A DNA stretch of 64,000 bases from Pedobacter sp. (GTDB lineage: Bacteria; Bacteroidota; Bacteroidia; Sphingobacteriales; Sphingobacteriaceae), in the NCBI GenBank assembly GCA_004211595.1, contig SEDO01000008.1, forward strand, positions 41,835-105,834, in the 5' to 3' direction. A program made the position numbers and the translations under genes. Shown here piece by piece: positions 9,587-20,326 of this stretch (positions are counted from its first letter, which is position 1; each line of letters opens with the position of its first letter). The notes under the pieces were generated by a model. That model worked only from the letters and a program-made list of their open reading frames with translations, searched no databases and had not been told where the DNA came from.

Positions 9587-10858
9587 ATGCAAAAATTAAT
9601 CCAAAACCTAACTTTTCAGGTTTTGTTGGCCATAACCATTGGGATATTAGTAGGTGCCTTTTTTCCTCAATTCTCATCCTATGCAGAGCTCTTAAGTAAG
9701 AGTTTTATCAATATGATTAGTATGTTAATTGCACCTATCATATTTTTTACAATTGTATTAGGGATTGCGCATATGGGGGATATGAAGAAAGTGGGTAGAG
9801 TAGGTGGGAAAGCCTTATTATATTTTGAAATTGTAACCACTTTGGCTATAGTAATCGGATTAATAGTGGCCAATGTAATACGTCCGGGAGATAATGTTCA
9901 GGTGCCTCCTGGGGATATTGATAAAATTACCTCTTATACATCCCAAGCTGGTAAAATAAATTGGTTAGAGTTTATTGCTCATATCATCCCTAAAAACGTG
10001 TTTGAATCCTTTTCTAAAGGAGAGATTTTACAAATTTTATTCTTCGCCATTTTCTTTGGATACGGCTTGAGTCGTTTGGGGGAAGCTGGGCACTCCTTAA
10101 TTTCTACTTTTGATAAACTAACCAAAGTGCTTTTCAATGTAATGAAAATCGTTATGCGTTTAGCGCCTGTTGGCGCTTTTGGGGGAATGGCTTATAGTGT
10201 AGGGAAGTATGGATTAGGAACCCTTTTACCAATGATGAAATTGATGGGTGCTGTATATTTAACATGTTTCTGTTTTATATTTATCGTATTAAACGCGATC
10301 TGTCGATACTATAAATTTTCCTTATGGAAATATCTCAAGTTTATAAGGCAGGAAATATTAATTGTATTAGGAACATCCTCTTCAGAATCGGTTTTACCTA
10401 GTATGATGAAAAAAATGGAAGATATAGGATGTAATAAATCCGTAGTGGGCTTAGTTATTCCAACAGGTTATTCATTTAATTTAGATGGCACTTCAATTTA
10501 TCTGGCCATGTCAGTTATCTTTTTAACTCAAGTTTTTCAAATAGAATTAAGCCTGGGTGAGCAATTAAGTATATTAGCTGTACTTATGGTAACTTCTAAA
10601 GGAGCAGCGGGGGTAACAGGATCTGGGTTTATTGTACTAGCCTCCACGTTGACTGCTCTCAAAATTATGCCTGTGGAACATATTGCTATATTACTTGGTG
10701 TAGATCGCTTTATGTCCGAAGCCAGGGCTATAACCAATATGATTGGGAATGGTATTGCAACCATTGTGATTGCCAAAAGTGAAAATGAGTTCGATGAAGC
10801 CAAATATCAATTGGCTACCAACCCTGTTGCAATTGAAAGGGCTGAAGAAGATTTTTAA
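9587..10858 (+). CDS. dctA: C4-dicarboxylate/cation symporter (DAACS family)
   Basis: DAACS-family motifs including PTGYSFNLDGTSIY and KGAAGVTGSGFIVLA. It lies next to sucD. Confidence 0.8.
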   Translation: MQKLIQNLTFQVLLAITIGILVGAFFPQFSSYAELLSKSFINMISMLIAPIIFFTIVLGIAHMGDMKKVGRVGGKALLYFEIVTTLAIVIGLIVANVIRPGDNVQVPPGDIDKITSYTSQAGKINWLEFIAHIIPKNVFESFSKGEILQILFFAIFFGYGLSRLGEAGHSLISTFDKLTKVLFNVMKIVMRLAPVGAFGGMAYSVGKYGLGTLLPMMKLMGAVYLTCFCFIFIVLNAICRYYKFSLWKYLKFIRQEILIVLGTSSSESVLPSMMKKMEDIGCNKSVVGLVIPTGYSFNLDGTSIYLAMSVIFLTQVFQIELSLGEQLSILAVLMVTSKGAAGVTGSGFIVLASTLTALKIMPVEHIAILLGVDRFMSEARAITNMIGNGIATIVIAKSENEFDEAKYQLATNPVAIERAEEDF

Positions 10859-10914
10859 TATAACATTTGATTTTCCATCTCATTTAGCTTAAGTTTGCAC
10901 AAAAAATAGATATA

Positions 10915-11787
10915 ATGAGTGTTTTAGTAAATAAAGATTCAAAAGTTATTGTTCAAGGTTTTACCGGAAATGAAGGTACTTACCATGCCGAGCAAATGAT
11001 TGCCTATGGAACGCAAGTTGTAGGTGGAGTTACTCCTGGAAAAGGTGGTCAAACGCATCTTGGAAAGCCTGTTTTTAATACGGTTAAAGATGCTGTTGAT
11101 AAAGCTGGTGCTAACGTTTCTATTATTTTTGTACCTCCAGCATTTGCTGCAGATGCTATTATGGAAGCTGCAGAAGCTGGTATTAAAGTGATTGTGTGTA
11201 TTACAGAAGGTATCCCAACAAAGGATATGATTGCTGTTAAATCATATATTTCTGACAAAGATTGTCGCGTAATTGGTCCTAATTGCCCAGGTGTTATTAC
11301 TGCAGACGAAGCGAAAGTTGGAATTATGCCAGGTTTTATCTTCAAAAAAGGTAATATCGGGGTGGTTTCGAAATCAGGAACTTTAACTTATGAGGCAGTA
11401 GATCAAGTAGTGAAAGCTGGCTTAGGAATTACTACGGCGATTGGTATTGGTGGAGACCCTATCATTGGTACAACCACTAAAGAGGCGGTTGAACTTTTAA
11501 TGAATGATCCAGAAACCGAAGGTATTATTATGATTGGTGAGATTGGCGGAGGTATGGAAGCTGAAGCGGCTCGTTGGATCAAAGAGCATGGTACTAAACC
11601 TGTCGTTGGTTTTATTGCTGGCCAAACAGCGCCTGCCGGTCGTAGAATGGGGCATGCTGGGGCTATTGTTGGAGGAGCTGAAGATACAGCTGCTGCCAAA
11701 ATGAAAATTATGGCTGAGTGTGGTATTACTGTGGTAGAAAGTCCTGCTGAAATAGGCGAAACTATGGCTAACTTATTGAAAAAATAA
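10915..11787 (+). CDS. sucD: Succinyl-CoA synthetase alpha subunit
   Basis: [23 protein letters not shown], and the phosphohistidine loop GHAGAIV. Confidence 0.95.
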   Translation: MSVLVNKDSKVIVQGFTGNEGTYHAEQMIAYGTQVVGGVTPGKGGQTHLGKPVFNTVKDAVDKAGANVSIIFVPPAFAADAIMEAAEAGIKVIVCITEGIPTKDMIAVKSYISDKDCRVIGPNCPGVITADEAKVGIMPGFIFKKGNIGVVSKSGTLTYEAVDQVVKAGLGITTAIGIGGDPIIGTTTKEAVELLMNDPETEGIIMIGEIGGGMEAEAARWIKEHGTKPVVGFIAGQTAPAGRRMGHAGAIVGGAEDTAAAKMKIMAECGITVVESPAEIGETMANLLKK

Positions 11788-11804
11788 TTTTAATAATATA
11801 TACG

Positions 11805-11838
11805 AGAAAGGCATTCGAAAGGATGCCTTTCTTTTTTT
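11805..11838 (+). terminator. Rho-independent terminator after sucD
   Basis: Stem AGAAAGGCAT / ATGCCTTTCT with a GAAA-containing loop, followed by T7. Confidence 0.85.
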
Positions 11839-11867
11839 ATGTATATTTGTAAAGCCAATTCAATAAG

Positions 11868-12389
11868 ATGATTAAAAAGTTATTCATTTACGGAAATATT
11901 GTAGGTTTAATTTTGTTATTAAATTTAGTTGCCTGTGCGCAGCAGAGTAAACAAGCAGATACCTCGGCAGGAACAAAATCTCAACTTGATAAAAAATTTA
12001 AGAAAACATCTAAAATCGATACTATGGCGTGGAATAAGTTAACAAAGGAAGAAGAAGATGTAATTGTGCGTAAAGGTACGGAGTATCCTGGAACTGGTAA
12101 GTATGATAAGTTTTATGAAAAGGGAACTTATATTTGTAAGCGTTGTGAGGCACCTTTATACGAGTCGGATGCTAAATTTGATTCAGGCTGTGGATGGCCC
12201 TCTTTTGATGAAGAAATTAATGGTGCAGTGCTACGTGTAAAGGATGCAGATGGGTATAGAATTGAAATTATTTGTGCTAACTGTAAAGGTCATTTAGGTC
12301 ATGTTTTTGAAGGTGAAGGCTTTACTAAAAAAGACGTACGCCATTGTGTGAATTCTATTTCAATGGTTTTTGTACCAGCGAAAAAATAA
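11868..12389 (+). CDS. msrB: Peptide-methionine (R)-S-oxide reductase, exported/lipoprotein form
   Basis: SelR domain with CxxC...CxxC zinc ligands ([18 protein letters not shown]) and GCGWPSF. The N-terminal lipobox is LVAC. Confidence 0.9.
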   Translation: MIKKLFIYGNIVGLILLLNLVACAQQSKQADTSAGTKSQLDKKFKKTSKIDTMAWNKLTKEEEDVIVRKGTEYPGTGKYDKFYEKGTYICKRCEAPLYESDAKFDSGCGWPSFDEEINGAVLRVKDADGYRIEIICANCKGHLGHVFEGEGFTKKDVRHCVNSISMVFVPAKK

Positions 12390-12409
12390 GTTTACCTCAT
12401 TTTTTGCCT

Positions 12410-12850
12410 ATGCTTAAGTTAGGGAGTTTATGTTTAATATTAATTTTAGGTTATGCTGGTTTTTGTCAGCAAATAAGTTCTTTCAGGCCTTTTCCTACAA
12501 GTCCATTGGAATTTCAGAAGCAATCCGATAGTATACCTCTTACCGATACCATTACAAAAGAAATTTTTGCGACTTATTATGCTAAAAAATTTGAAGGTAG
12601 AAGAACGACGAGTGGTCAAATTTACAGGGCATCTAAATTTACAGCTGCACATCGTACTTTACCGTTTGGAACTTTGGTTTTAGTGAAGAATTTACACACG
12701 GGGAAAGTTGTCGAAGTCCGTATTAATGATCGAGGTCCTTTTAGTAAAAAGTTTGAACTGGATATTTCAGAATCAGCTGCAAAAGCCCTTGGAATCTATC
12801 GTTTGGGCTATGCTAAGGTGGAAGTGAAATATGTCTTGAAAAAGTCTTAA
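12410..12850 (+). CDS. RlpA-family septal-ring lytic transglycosylase-like (DPBB) protein
   Basis: DPBB core ...AAHRTLPFGTLVLVKNLHTGKVVEVRINDRGPF. The internal ATG at 12410 yields a signal peptide and removes the 46-nt overlap with msrB produced by the track start at 12344. Confidence 0.8.
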   Translation: MLKLGSLCLILILGYAGFCQQISSFRPFPTSPLEFQKQSDSIPLTDTITKEIFATYYAKKFEGRRTTSGQIYRASKFTAAHRTLPFGTLVLVKNLHTGKVVEVRINDRGPFSKKFELDISESAAKALGIYRLGYAKVEVKYVLKKS

Positions 12851-13241
12851 TATTTAATTCGGAGATCCAAATTCAGGGCAAAAAAAAACTTATTAACACT
12901 CTATAATTTTTATTTAACTTATTGCTTTTTAATGTTTTATGATATTTTCGTATAAAATATTAAAGCTTTAAAATCTCAGTGGGATGCTTTTCTGATTTAG
13001 ATGTTTAAAACTTTGTAACATCTTCTACCCACCTTCTTTTATATTTGTTTTAAGAAGTTCTTTTGACAAAACCAACATCTTCATTCCTTAAGTGGTTAGT
13101 GAATAACTGCTTGTAAACATGTCGCACACAACATGCGGATTTCTATGTCCGGAACTACAAGCTTGAAGAGATTTTTTGTCAGAAAATGGAAGGGTTTTAT
13201 TATAAAACTAAATGTTCTAAACGTTAAAAAATTTATTTATT

Positions 13242-14219
13242 ATGCCGCAAGAAGAAGAATTATTGCTTAGGGAAAATAAGGATCGATTTGTGATTTTACC
13301 TATCAAGTATCCAGCAATTTGGGAAATGTATAAAAAAACTGAAGCAAGTTTTTGGACGGCAGAAGAAATTGATTTGTCAGATGATTTAAAGCATTGGGAA
13401 AATTTAAACGAAGGCGAAAGACATTTCATTTCTCATGTGTTAGCATTTTTCGCTGCCAGTGATGGTATTGTAAACGAAAACCTGGCTGTGAATTTTATGA
13501 GCGAAGTCCAACTTCCCGAAGCGAGATGTTTCTATGGATTTCAAATTATGATGGAGAATATCCATGCAGAAACTTATGCACTTTTAATTGATACCTATGT
13601 AAAAGATGCAGTAGAAAAAGATAGGCTATTTCATGCTATTGACACCGTACCTGCGGTTGGCAAAAAAGCAGAATGGGCATTAAGATGGATCGAAAATGGA
13701 ACCTTTGCCGAGCGATTAGTGGCCTTTGCAGCTGTAGAAGGAATTTTCTTTAGCGGCAGTTTTTGCTCTATCTTTTGGTTAAAGAAAAGAGGATTGATGC
13801 CGGGGTTGACATTCAGTAATGAATTGATTTCTAGAGATGAAGGTATGCACTGTGAATTTGCATGTTTACTTTATTCTATGTTAGAGAACAAATTATCTCA
13901 AGAACAGGTGCATGGAATTATTAGCGATGCTGTGGAAATTGAAAAGGAATTTGTAACTGATGCACTACCCGTAGCCTTAATCGGTATGAATGCAAAAATG
14001 ATGAGCCAGTATATCGAGTTTGTTGCCGATAGATGGTTGGTGGAATTAGGTTATGATAAAATTTACAATGCTACCAATCCTTTCGACTTCATGGAAATGA
14101 TTTCTTTACAAGGTAAAACCAATTTCTTCGAGAAGCGTGTTGGGGATTATCAGAAAAGCGGTGTATTAACAGCTTCTGATGATAAACAAAATGCGTTCTC
14201 ATTAGATGATGACTTTTAA
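13242..14219 (+). CDS. nrdB: Class Ia ribonucleotide reductase beta (R2) subunit
   Basis: Eukaryote-like R2 with di-iron ligands (E..H motifs, e.g. MENIHAETY and [10 protein letters not shown]) and a C-terminal acidic tail ...FSLDDDF. Confidence 0.92.
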   Translation: MPQEEELLLRENKDRFVILPIKYPAIWEMYKKTEASFWTAEEIDLSDDLKHWENLNEGERHFISHVLAFFAASDGIVNENLAVNFMSEVQLPEARCFYGFQIMMENIHAETYALLIDTYVKDAVEKDRLFHAIDTVPAVGKKAEWALRWIENGTFAERLVAFAAVEGIFFSGSFCSIFWLKKRGLMPGLTFSNELISRDEGMHCEFACLLYSMLENKLSQEQVHGIISDAVEIEKEFVTDALPVALIGMNAKMMSQYIEFVADRWLVELGYDKIYNATNPFDFMEMISLQGKTNFFEKRVGDYQKSGVLTASDDKQNAFSLDDDF

Positions 14220-14252
14220 TTTGACTATTTAGCCTGATTGGCTATAGTCAAA
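14220..14252 (+). promoter_or_regulatory. Intercistronic stem-loop between nrdB and nrdA (no T-tract)
   Basis: TTTGACTAT(T)TAGCC TGAT TGGCTATAGTCAAA forms about 13 bp of stem with one bulge/mismatch. It starts directly after the nrdB stop codon. Confidence 0.5.
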
Positions 14253-14319
14253 CCCTAATAAACAAAAACTAAAAACCCAGTGCCGCTGGTAAAACTAAGC
14301 ACTAAAAATTATTTTAAGG

Positions 14320-16704
14320 ATGTTTGTAATTAAAAGAGATGGCCGCAAAGAGGCGGTAAAATTCGACAAAATAACAGCTCGTATTGAGAAGTTATGTTAT
14401 GGCTTCAATGCTGAATTGGTAGATCCAATTGATGTTGCTAAAAAAGTAATTGAAGGCTTATACGATGGTGTAAGTACTTCCGAACTTGATAACTTGGCAG
14501 CAGAAACGGCGGCTTCTCTCACCACTAAACATCCTGATTACGCCCTTTTAGCATCTCGTATTGCGGTTTCTAATTTGCACAAAAATACCATCAAGTCATT
14601 TTCTAAAACTATGGAAATGCTATATGAGTATGTAGATCCTAAAACAGATAAAAAAGCCTCTTTGATTGCGGATGATGTGTGGGAAGTTATTCAAAAGAAT
14701 GCCGACATCTTAGATTCTACCATTATTTACGATAGAGATTTCGGGTTCGATTACTTTGGCTTTAAAACTCTAGAAAAATCCTATTTACTAAAAATAAATG
14801 GAGAAATAGTAGAGAGACCACAGCATTTATTTATGCGTGTTTCTGTAGGTATTCACAAAGAAGACATAGAATCGGCAATTAAAACCTATAATTTAATGTC
14901 CGAGCGTTGGTTTACCCATGCTACACCTACATTATTTAATGCAGCTACGCCGAAACCTCAAATGTCCTCATGCTTTTTATTAACCATGCAAGATGATAGT
15001 ATTGAGGGTATTTATGATACGCTTAAGCAAACTGCAAAAATTTCACAAAGCGCTGGAGGAATTGGCCTAAGTATTCACAATATTAGAGCTACAGGTGCTT
15101 ATATTGGTGGTACCAATGGAACAAGTAATGGGATTGTGCCGATGCTGAGAGTTTTTAACGATACCGCTCGCTATGTAGATCAAGGTGGTGGTAAGCGTAA
15201 AGGAGCCTTTGCTATTTATTTAGAACCATGGCATGCCGATGTGTTTGCTTTCTTAGATTTGAGAAAAAACCATGGTAAAGAAGAATTGCGTGCAAGAGAT
15301 TTATTCTATGCCCTTTGGATTTGTGATTTATTTATGCAACGTGTAGAGGAAAATGGGGATTGGAGTTTATTTTCCCCAGATGAGGCTCCTGGTTTAGCAG
15401 ATTGCTTTGGAGAAGAATTCAATGCCTTGTATACACGTTATGAGCAAGAAGGAAGAGCCCGTAAAACTATTAAGGCTCAAGAATTATGGTTTGCCATATT
15501 AGACTCTCAAATTGAAACTGGAACACCGTATTTACTTTATAAAGATGCTGCCAATAGCAAGTCTAATCAGCAAAATTTAGGTACTATTAAGAGTTCTAAC
15601 TTATGTACTGAAATCATAGAATATACTTCTAAAGATGAAGTTGCCGTATGTAATTTAGCTTCTTTAGCCTTACCGCGATATGTAATCAACGGGGAGTTTG
15701 ATCATCAAAAGTTATATGAAGTTACTTATCAAGTAACCTTGAATTTAAATAAAATTATTGATCACAATTACTATCCTGTAATCGAAGCGCAAAATTCTAA
15801 CTTTAAACATCGCCCAATTGGATTAGGTGTTCAAGGGTTAGCTGATGCATTTATATTATTGAAATTACCATTTGAAAGTGATGCTGCAAAGCAATTGAAC
15901 AAGGAAATTTTTGAAACTATCTATTTTGCTGCTATGACTGCATCTGCAGATTTAGCTAAACAAAATGGACCATACCAAACATTCAAAGGTTCCCCATTAT
16001 CGAAAGGTCAATTCCAATTTGATTTATGGGGTGTTACACCTGATAGTAATCGTTGGGATTGGGAAAGCTTGAGAAAAAGAGTTGTGAAAACAGGTGTATA
16101 TAATTCGTTGTTAGTGGCACCTATGCCTACCGCGTCTACTTCTCAAATATTAGGTAACAATGAGTGTTTTGAGCCATATACCTCGAATATTTATACTAGA
16201 AGAGTATTAAGTGGCGAATTTATTGTCGTGAACAAACATTTATTAAAGGATTTGGTATCCCTAGGCTTATGGTCTCCAGCCATGAAAGATAGAATTATAT
16301 TGGCCAATGGATCTATTCAAGATATTCCTGAAATTCCGGATTATATTAAAGAATTATATAAAACTGTTTGGGAAATAAAAATGAGAAATATTATAGATAT
16401 GGCAGCTGATAGAGGTGCATATATCTGTCAATCTCAATCTTTAAACTTATTTATTAATGCTCCTAATTCTTCAAAACTAACATCTATGCATTTCTATGCT
16501 TGGAAAAAAGGATTGAAAACAGGTATGTATTACTTGAGAACTCAAGCAGCTTCTCAAGCAGTTAAATTCACTGTAGAAAATCAAGCAGGCAAAGCTATGG
16601 AGGCTGTGATACCAGCTGTTATTTCCGATGATAAAGTAGCTGAGGAAATTATAGATGGACCAGTATGCACCATGGAAGAAGGATGTATTAGTTGTTCAGG
16701 ATAA
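14320..16704 (+). CDS. nrdA: Class Ia ribonucleotide reductase alpha (R1) subunit
   Basis: N-terminal ATP-cone ([16 protein letters not shown]), active-site SNLCTEI and [15 protein letters not shown] motifs, and a C-terminal CxxC tail (CISCSG). Confidence 0.93.
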   Translation: MFVIKRDGRKEAVKFDKITARIEKLCYGFNAELVDPIDVAKKVIEGLYDGVSTSELDNLAAETAASLTTKHPDYALLASRIAVSNLHKNTIKSFSKTMEMLYEYVDPKTDKKASLIADDVWEVIQKNADILDSTIIYDRDFGFDYFGFKTLEKSYLLKINGEIVERPQHLFMRVSVGIHKEDIESAIKTYNLMSERWFTHATPTLFNAATPKPQMSSCFLLTMQDDSIEGIYDTLKQTAKISQSAGGIGLSIHNIRATGAYIGGTNGTSNGIVPMLRVFNDTARYVDQGGGKRKGAFAIYLEPWHADVFAFLDLRKNHGKEELRARDLFYALWICDLFMQRVEENGDWSLFSPDEAPGLADCFGEEFNALYTRYEQEGRARKTIKAQELWFAILDSQIETGTPYLLYKDAANSKSNQQNLGTIKSSNLCTEIIEYTSKDEVAVCNLASLALPRYVINGEFDHQKLYEVTYQVTLNLNKIIDHNYYPVIEAQNSNFKHRPIGLGVQGLADAFILLKLPFESDAAKQLNKEIFETIYFAAMTASADLAKQNGPYQTFKGSPLSKGQFQFDLWGVTPDSNRWDWESLRKRVVKTGVYNSLLVAPMPTASTSQILGNNECFEPYTSNIYTRRVLSGEFIVVNKHLLKDLVSLGLWSPAMKDRIILANGSIQDIPEIPDYIKELYKTVWEIKMRNIIDMAADRGAYICQSQSLNLFINAPNSSKLTSMHFYAWKKGLKTGMYYLRTQAASQAVKFTVENQAGKAMEAVIPAVISDDKVAEEIIDGPVCTMEEGCISCSG

Positions 16705-16736
16705 TTTATATTCCGGATAATAAACCAAAAAAAACT

Positions 16737-16762
16737 AGCGGCCATAAGAGCCGCTTTTTTTT
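16737..16762 (+). terminator. Rho-independent terminator after nrdA
   Basis: Stem AGCGGC / GCCGCT with a 7-nt loop, followed by T8 and preceded by an A-run. Confidence 0.8.
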
Positions 16763-16828
16763 ATATTTTGCGTACCTTTGAGGTTTATTCTTTGGATATA
16801 AAAACATAGTTTTTAAATATTGATTTGT

Positions 16829-17704
16829 ATGCGTGATGTAAAAGTGGGCTTGGTCCAAATGACTTGTAGCCGTGATAAACAAGAAAATTTAAATAAAGCC
16901 ATTGAAAAGGTAAAAGAGGCCGCTGCAAAAGGCGCTCAAATTGTGTGTCTTCAAGAGTTATTTACATCCCTCTATTTCTGCGATGTTGAAGATTATGATA
17001 ATTTTGATTTAGCTGAAGCTATTCCTGGCCCCTCTACAGATGCTTTGTCTGCTGTTGCTAAAGCTTGTAATGTTGTAATTATTGCTTCTTTATTTGAAAA
17101 GCGTACAGAAGGGTTGTACCATAACACTACGGCGGTTTTAGATGCCGATGGGTCTTATTTAGGGAAGTACAGAAAAATGCATATTCCAGATGATCCCGCT
17201 TATTATGAAAAATTTTATTTTACACCTGGAGATTTAGGCTATAAAGTTTTTCAAACTAAATTCGCGAAAATAGGCATTTTAATTTGTTGGGATCAGTGGT
17301 ATCCGGAAGCCTCTAGAATAACTGCTTTAATGGGGGCTGAGATTTTGTTTTATCCTACGGCTATAGGTTGGGCAACAGATCAAGATGAAGAGACTAATAC
17401 CGATCAATATCAAGCTTGGCAAACTATCCAACGGTCACATGCCGTGGCAAATGGTGTACCTGTGGTGAGCGTAAATAGAGTTGGTTTTGAACAAGACGGA
17501 GCCATGAAATTTTGGGGTGGTAGTTTTGTAGCAAATGCTCAAGGTAAATTACTTTATTTAGCCTCACACGATCAAGAGGAAACCTCTGTCATAGATTTAG
17601 ATTTGAGACAATCAGATTATTTTAGAAAGCATTGGCCATTTTTACGTGATCGTAGGATTGATTCATATCAGCCTATTAATAAGCGATTTATCGACGAAGA
17701 CTAA
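16829..17704 (+). CDS. aguB: N-carbamoylputrescine amidase (nitrilase-superfamily C-N hydrolase)
   Basis: CN-hydrolase Glu/Lys/Cys triad context (CLQELF, YRKMHIP, ILICWDQWYPE). It lies immediately upstream of an agmatine deiminase gene. The ATG at 16829 is preferred over the TTG at 16820. Confidence 0.82.
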   Translation: MRDVKVGLVQMTCSRDKQENLNKAIEKVKEAAAKGAQIVCLQELFTSLYFCDVEDYDNFDLAEAIPGPSTDALSAVAKACNVVIIASLFEKRTEGLYHNTTAVLDADGSYLGKYRKMHIPDDPAYYEKFYFTPGDLGYKVFQTKFAKIGILICWDQWYPEASRITALMGAEILFYPTAIGWATDQDEETNTDQYQAWQTIQRSHAVANGVPVVSVNRVGFEQDGAMKFWGGSFVANAQGKLLYLASHDQEETSVIDLDLRQSDYFRKHWPFLRDRRIDSYQPINKRFIDED

Positions 17705-17733
17705 TTTATTTAACATCATAAACACACACTAAA

Positions 17734-18816
17734 ATGATTGAAGGTAATTTAGTAAATACTTTATTAGCCGATCCAAATACGCCTAAAAAGCAAGGATATG
17801 TTTTTCCAGCTGAATGGGTGCCTCATGAAGCTACTTGGCTTTCTTGGCCACATAAAGAAGCCTCCTGGCCAGGTAAGATAGAAACTATATATAAACCCTA
17901 TGCTGAATTTATAAAAATTGTTGCGAGTGGTGAAAAAGTTAGAATTAATGTAAAAAATGAAGCTATGCAAAAAATAGCTGGTTCTTATATTCAGGCTGCT
18001 GGCACTAATATGGCTCAGATAGAGTTCTATTATTTTGAATCAAATGATGCCTGGTGTCGTGATCATGGCCCTGCTTTTCTCATCAATTCCAATCATGGTA
18101 GAGCTAAAAAAGTAATTGTAGATTGGGGATATAATGCATGGGGTGATAAATATCCTCCCTATGACTTAGATGATGTTATTCCAACCAAAATAGCTAATCA
18201 TTTTAATTTGCCCGTATTTCACCCGGGAATTGTAATGGAAGGTGGTTCAGTTGAATTTAATGGAGCAGGAACATTACTTACTAGTACAGCTTGCCTACTT
18301 AATGAGAATAGAAATCCACACCTTAATAAAGAAGAGATTGAAACCTATTTAAAGGAATATTATGGGGTGGAACAAATTTTATGGGTTGGAGATGGCATTG
18401 TAGGGGATGATACGGATGGCCACATTGATGACATTACACGATTTGTTAATGAAGATACAGTCATCACCGTAGTAGAGGAAAATCCAGCCGATGAAAACTA
18501 TACAATCTTACAAGAAAATTTGTCTCTCTTAAAACAAATGCGCTTATTAGATGGGCGAGCATTAAATATTATTGAATTGCCAATGCCAGCTCCGGTTATT
18601 TATGAAGATACACGTTTGCCTGCTTCTTATGCAAATTTTTATATTGCTAATGCAGCCGTAATTGTACCTACATTCCAAGATCCAAAAGATCAAGTTGCTT
18701 TGGATATTATCTCGATGGCCTTTCCGGATCGTGCTGTAGTTGGAGTAGACTCTAAAGATATCATCTGGGGTTTAGGTAGTTTTCATTGTTTGAGTCAACA
18801 AGAGCCCGCCATATAG
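17734..18816 (+). CDS. aguA: Agmatine deiminase
   Basis: PAD_porph family with DAWCRDHGP, GDDTDGHIDD, and the catalytic Cys near the C-terminus (GSFHCLSQQ). Confidence 0.87.
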   Translation: MIEGNLVNTLLADPNTPKKQGYVFPAEWVPHEATWLSWPHKEASWPGKIETIYKPYAEFIKIVASGEKVRINVKNEAMQKIAGSYIQAAGTNMAQIEFYYFESNDAWCRDHGPAFLINSNHGRAKKVIVDWGYNAWGDKYPPYDLDDVIPTKIANHFNLPVFHPGIVMEGGSVEFNGAGTLLTSTACLLNENRNPHLNKEEIETYLKEYYGVEQILWVGDGIVGDDTDGHIDDITRFVNEDTVITVVEENPADENYTILQENLSLLKQMRLLDGRALNIIELPMPAPVIYEDTRLPASYANFYIANAAVIVPTFQDPKDQVALDIISMAFPDRAVVGVDSKDIIWGLGSFHCLSQQEPAI

Positions 18817-18880
18817 ATTTTTTATTACTTTTAGTATATTTATTTTTTAATTTAATAAGCACAATATTCATCATATATAT

Positions 18881-19624
18881 ATGAAATTATTAGCAGGAAA
18901 AACAGCCATCATTACGGGGGCATCTAAAGGAATTGGACGTAAAATAGCAGAGAAGTTTGCTGAACAAGGCGCTAATGTCGCTTTTACCTATTTATCATCC
19001 GTTGAAAAGGGCCAAGCTTTAGAAACTGAATTACAAGTTTTTGGAACACAAATTAAGGGTTATCGTTCGGATGCCTCAAAATTTGCGGAAGCTGAGAAGT
19101 TAGTAAATGATGTATTAGCTGATTTTGGTCAAATTGATATCATTGTAAATAATGCAGGTATAACCAAAGATAATTTGCTTATGCGTATGACGGAAGAGCA
19201 ATGGGATGAAGTTTTAGATGTTAATCTAAAATCTATTTTCAATATCACAAAAGCTGCTGTTAAGCCTATGATGAAAGCTAGATCAGGGGTGTTTATTAAT
19301 TTGAGTTCAGTGGTGGGCATCAATGGAAATGCTGGACAATCTAATTATTCTGCCTCTAAAGCAGGTATCATTGGATTTACTAAATCTGTTGCTAAAGAGT
19401 TAGGATCTCGTAATATTCGTGCCAATGTAGTTGCGCCAGGATTCATTAGGACAGAAATGACAGATGTTTTAGATCCTAAAGTAGTAGAAGGTTGGGAAGC
19501 TGCTATTCCTCTGAAAAGAGCAGGAGAGACTGAAGATGTTGCTAACGTATGTTTGTTTTTAGCTTCTGACATGAGTGCTTACGTGACTGGACAAACCTTA
19601 ACTGTTTGCGGAGGAATGCTATAA
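18881..19624 (+). CDS. fabG: 3-oxoacyl-ACP reductase (SDR)
   Basis: TGASKGIG cofactor motif, NNAG, and catalytic YSASKAG. The length and sequence are FabG-like. Confidence 0.85.
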   Translation: MKLLAGKTAIITGASKGIGRKIAEKFAEQGANVAFTYLSSVEKGQALETELQVFGTQIKGYRSDASKFAEAEKLVNDVLADFGQIDIIVNNAGITKDNLLMRMTEEQWDEVLDVNLKSIFNITKAAVKPMMKARSGVFINLSSVVGINGNAGQSNYSASKAGIIGFTKSVAKELGSRNIRANVVAPGFIRTEMTDVLDPKVVEGWEAAIPLKRAGETEDVANVCLFLASDMSAYVTGQTLTVCGGML

Positions 19625-19645
19625 CATATTAAAAATATATAAATT

Positions 19646-19676
19646 AAAGTCCTCTGCATGCAGAGGACTTTTTTTT
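19646..19676 (+). terminator. Rho-independent terminator after fabG
   Basis: Palindromic stem AAAGTCCTCTG / CAGAGGACTTT around CATG, followed by a T-run. Confidence 0.85.
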
Positions 19677-19720
19677 GTGAAAATAATTTGCATCTTTAAT
19701 AGTAAAAAAGGGGAAATAAT

Positions 19721-20326
19721 TTGGAAATAACAACCACATATGCCATTGAAACCTTAGGCACCATAGCCTTTGCGATTGCAGGATCCTTTGCAGCCTTACA
19801 ACGTAGGTTAGATCCATTTGGAGTATTAATTATCGCCTTTGTAACCTCAATAGGTGGTGGTACAGTGAGGGACTTATTATTAGGGGACACGCCTGTAGCA
19901 TGGATGAGAAATGTGAATTATTGTTTGCTTATATTAGTAACATCCATCATTACTATTTTCTTTAAAAATCACATAAAAAAATTTAAAGTCACTTTGTTCT
20001 TATTCGACTCCTTAGGCTTAGGCTTATTTACCCTAGTTGGAATACAAAAAGGTTTGGATTTTGGATTAGGCCCAGGTATTTGCATTGCTTTAGGAACTAT
20101 AACAGCTTGTTTTGGTGGTGTGATTAGGGATACCTTACTTAATACGATCCCATTAATTTTTAGAAAAGAAATATACGCTACTACATGTATTGTAGGTGGA
20201 ATCCTTTTTTTTACTTTAAATTACTTTAAAGTACCCTCCCAAATAACTCAAATCTCGGTTATAAGTACAATTTTCTTATTGAGAGTTATTGTAGTGCGAT
20301 ATAAACTAAGTTTACCGAAATATTAA
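19721..20326 (+). CDS. TRIC/UPF0126-family trimeric cation channel-like membrane protein
   Basis: Two internal repeats, each with a glycine-rich GGG(T/V)(V/I)RD motif (GGGTVRDLLLG and FGGVIRDTLLN). The start codon is TTG. Confidence 0.7.
   Translation: MEITTTYAIETLGTIAFAIAGSFAALQRRLDPFGVLIIAFVTSIGGGTVRDLLLGDTPVAWMRNVNYCLLILVTSIITIFFKNHIKKFKVTLFLFDSLGLGLFTLVGIQKGLDFGLGPGICIALGTITACFGGVIRDTLLNTIPLIFRKEIYATTCIVGGILFFTLNYFKVPSQITQISVISTIFLLRVIVVRYKLSLPKY

Noticed and set aside
12344-12409. Upstream extension of the RlpA-like ORF overlapping msrB by 46 nt
   Set aside because: The internal ATG at 12410 gives a normal signal peptide (MLKLGSLCLILILGYAGFCQQ) and removes the overlap. The extension has no protein-like features.
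12885-12910. NrdR box upstream of nrdB
   Set aside because: Only one half of the 16-bp acaCwAtATaTwGtgt palindrome is matched (AACACTCTATAATTT...). No second tandem box was seen, and no nrdR gene is in the window.
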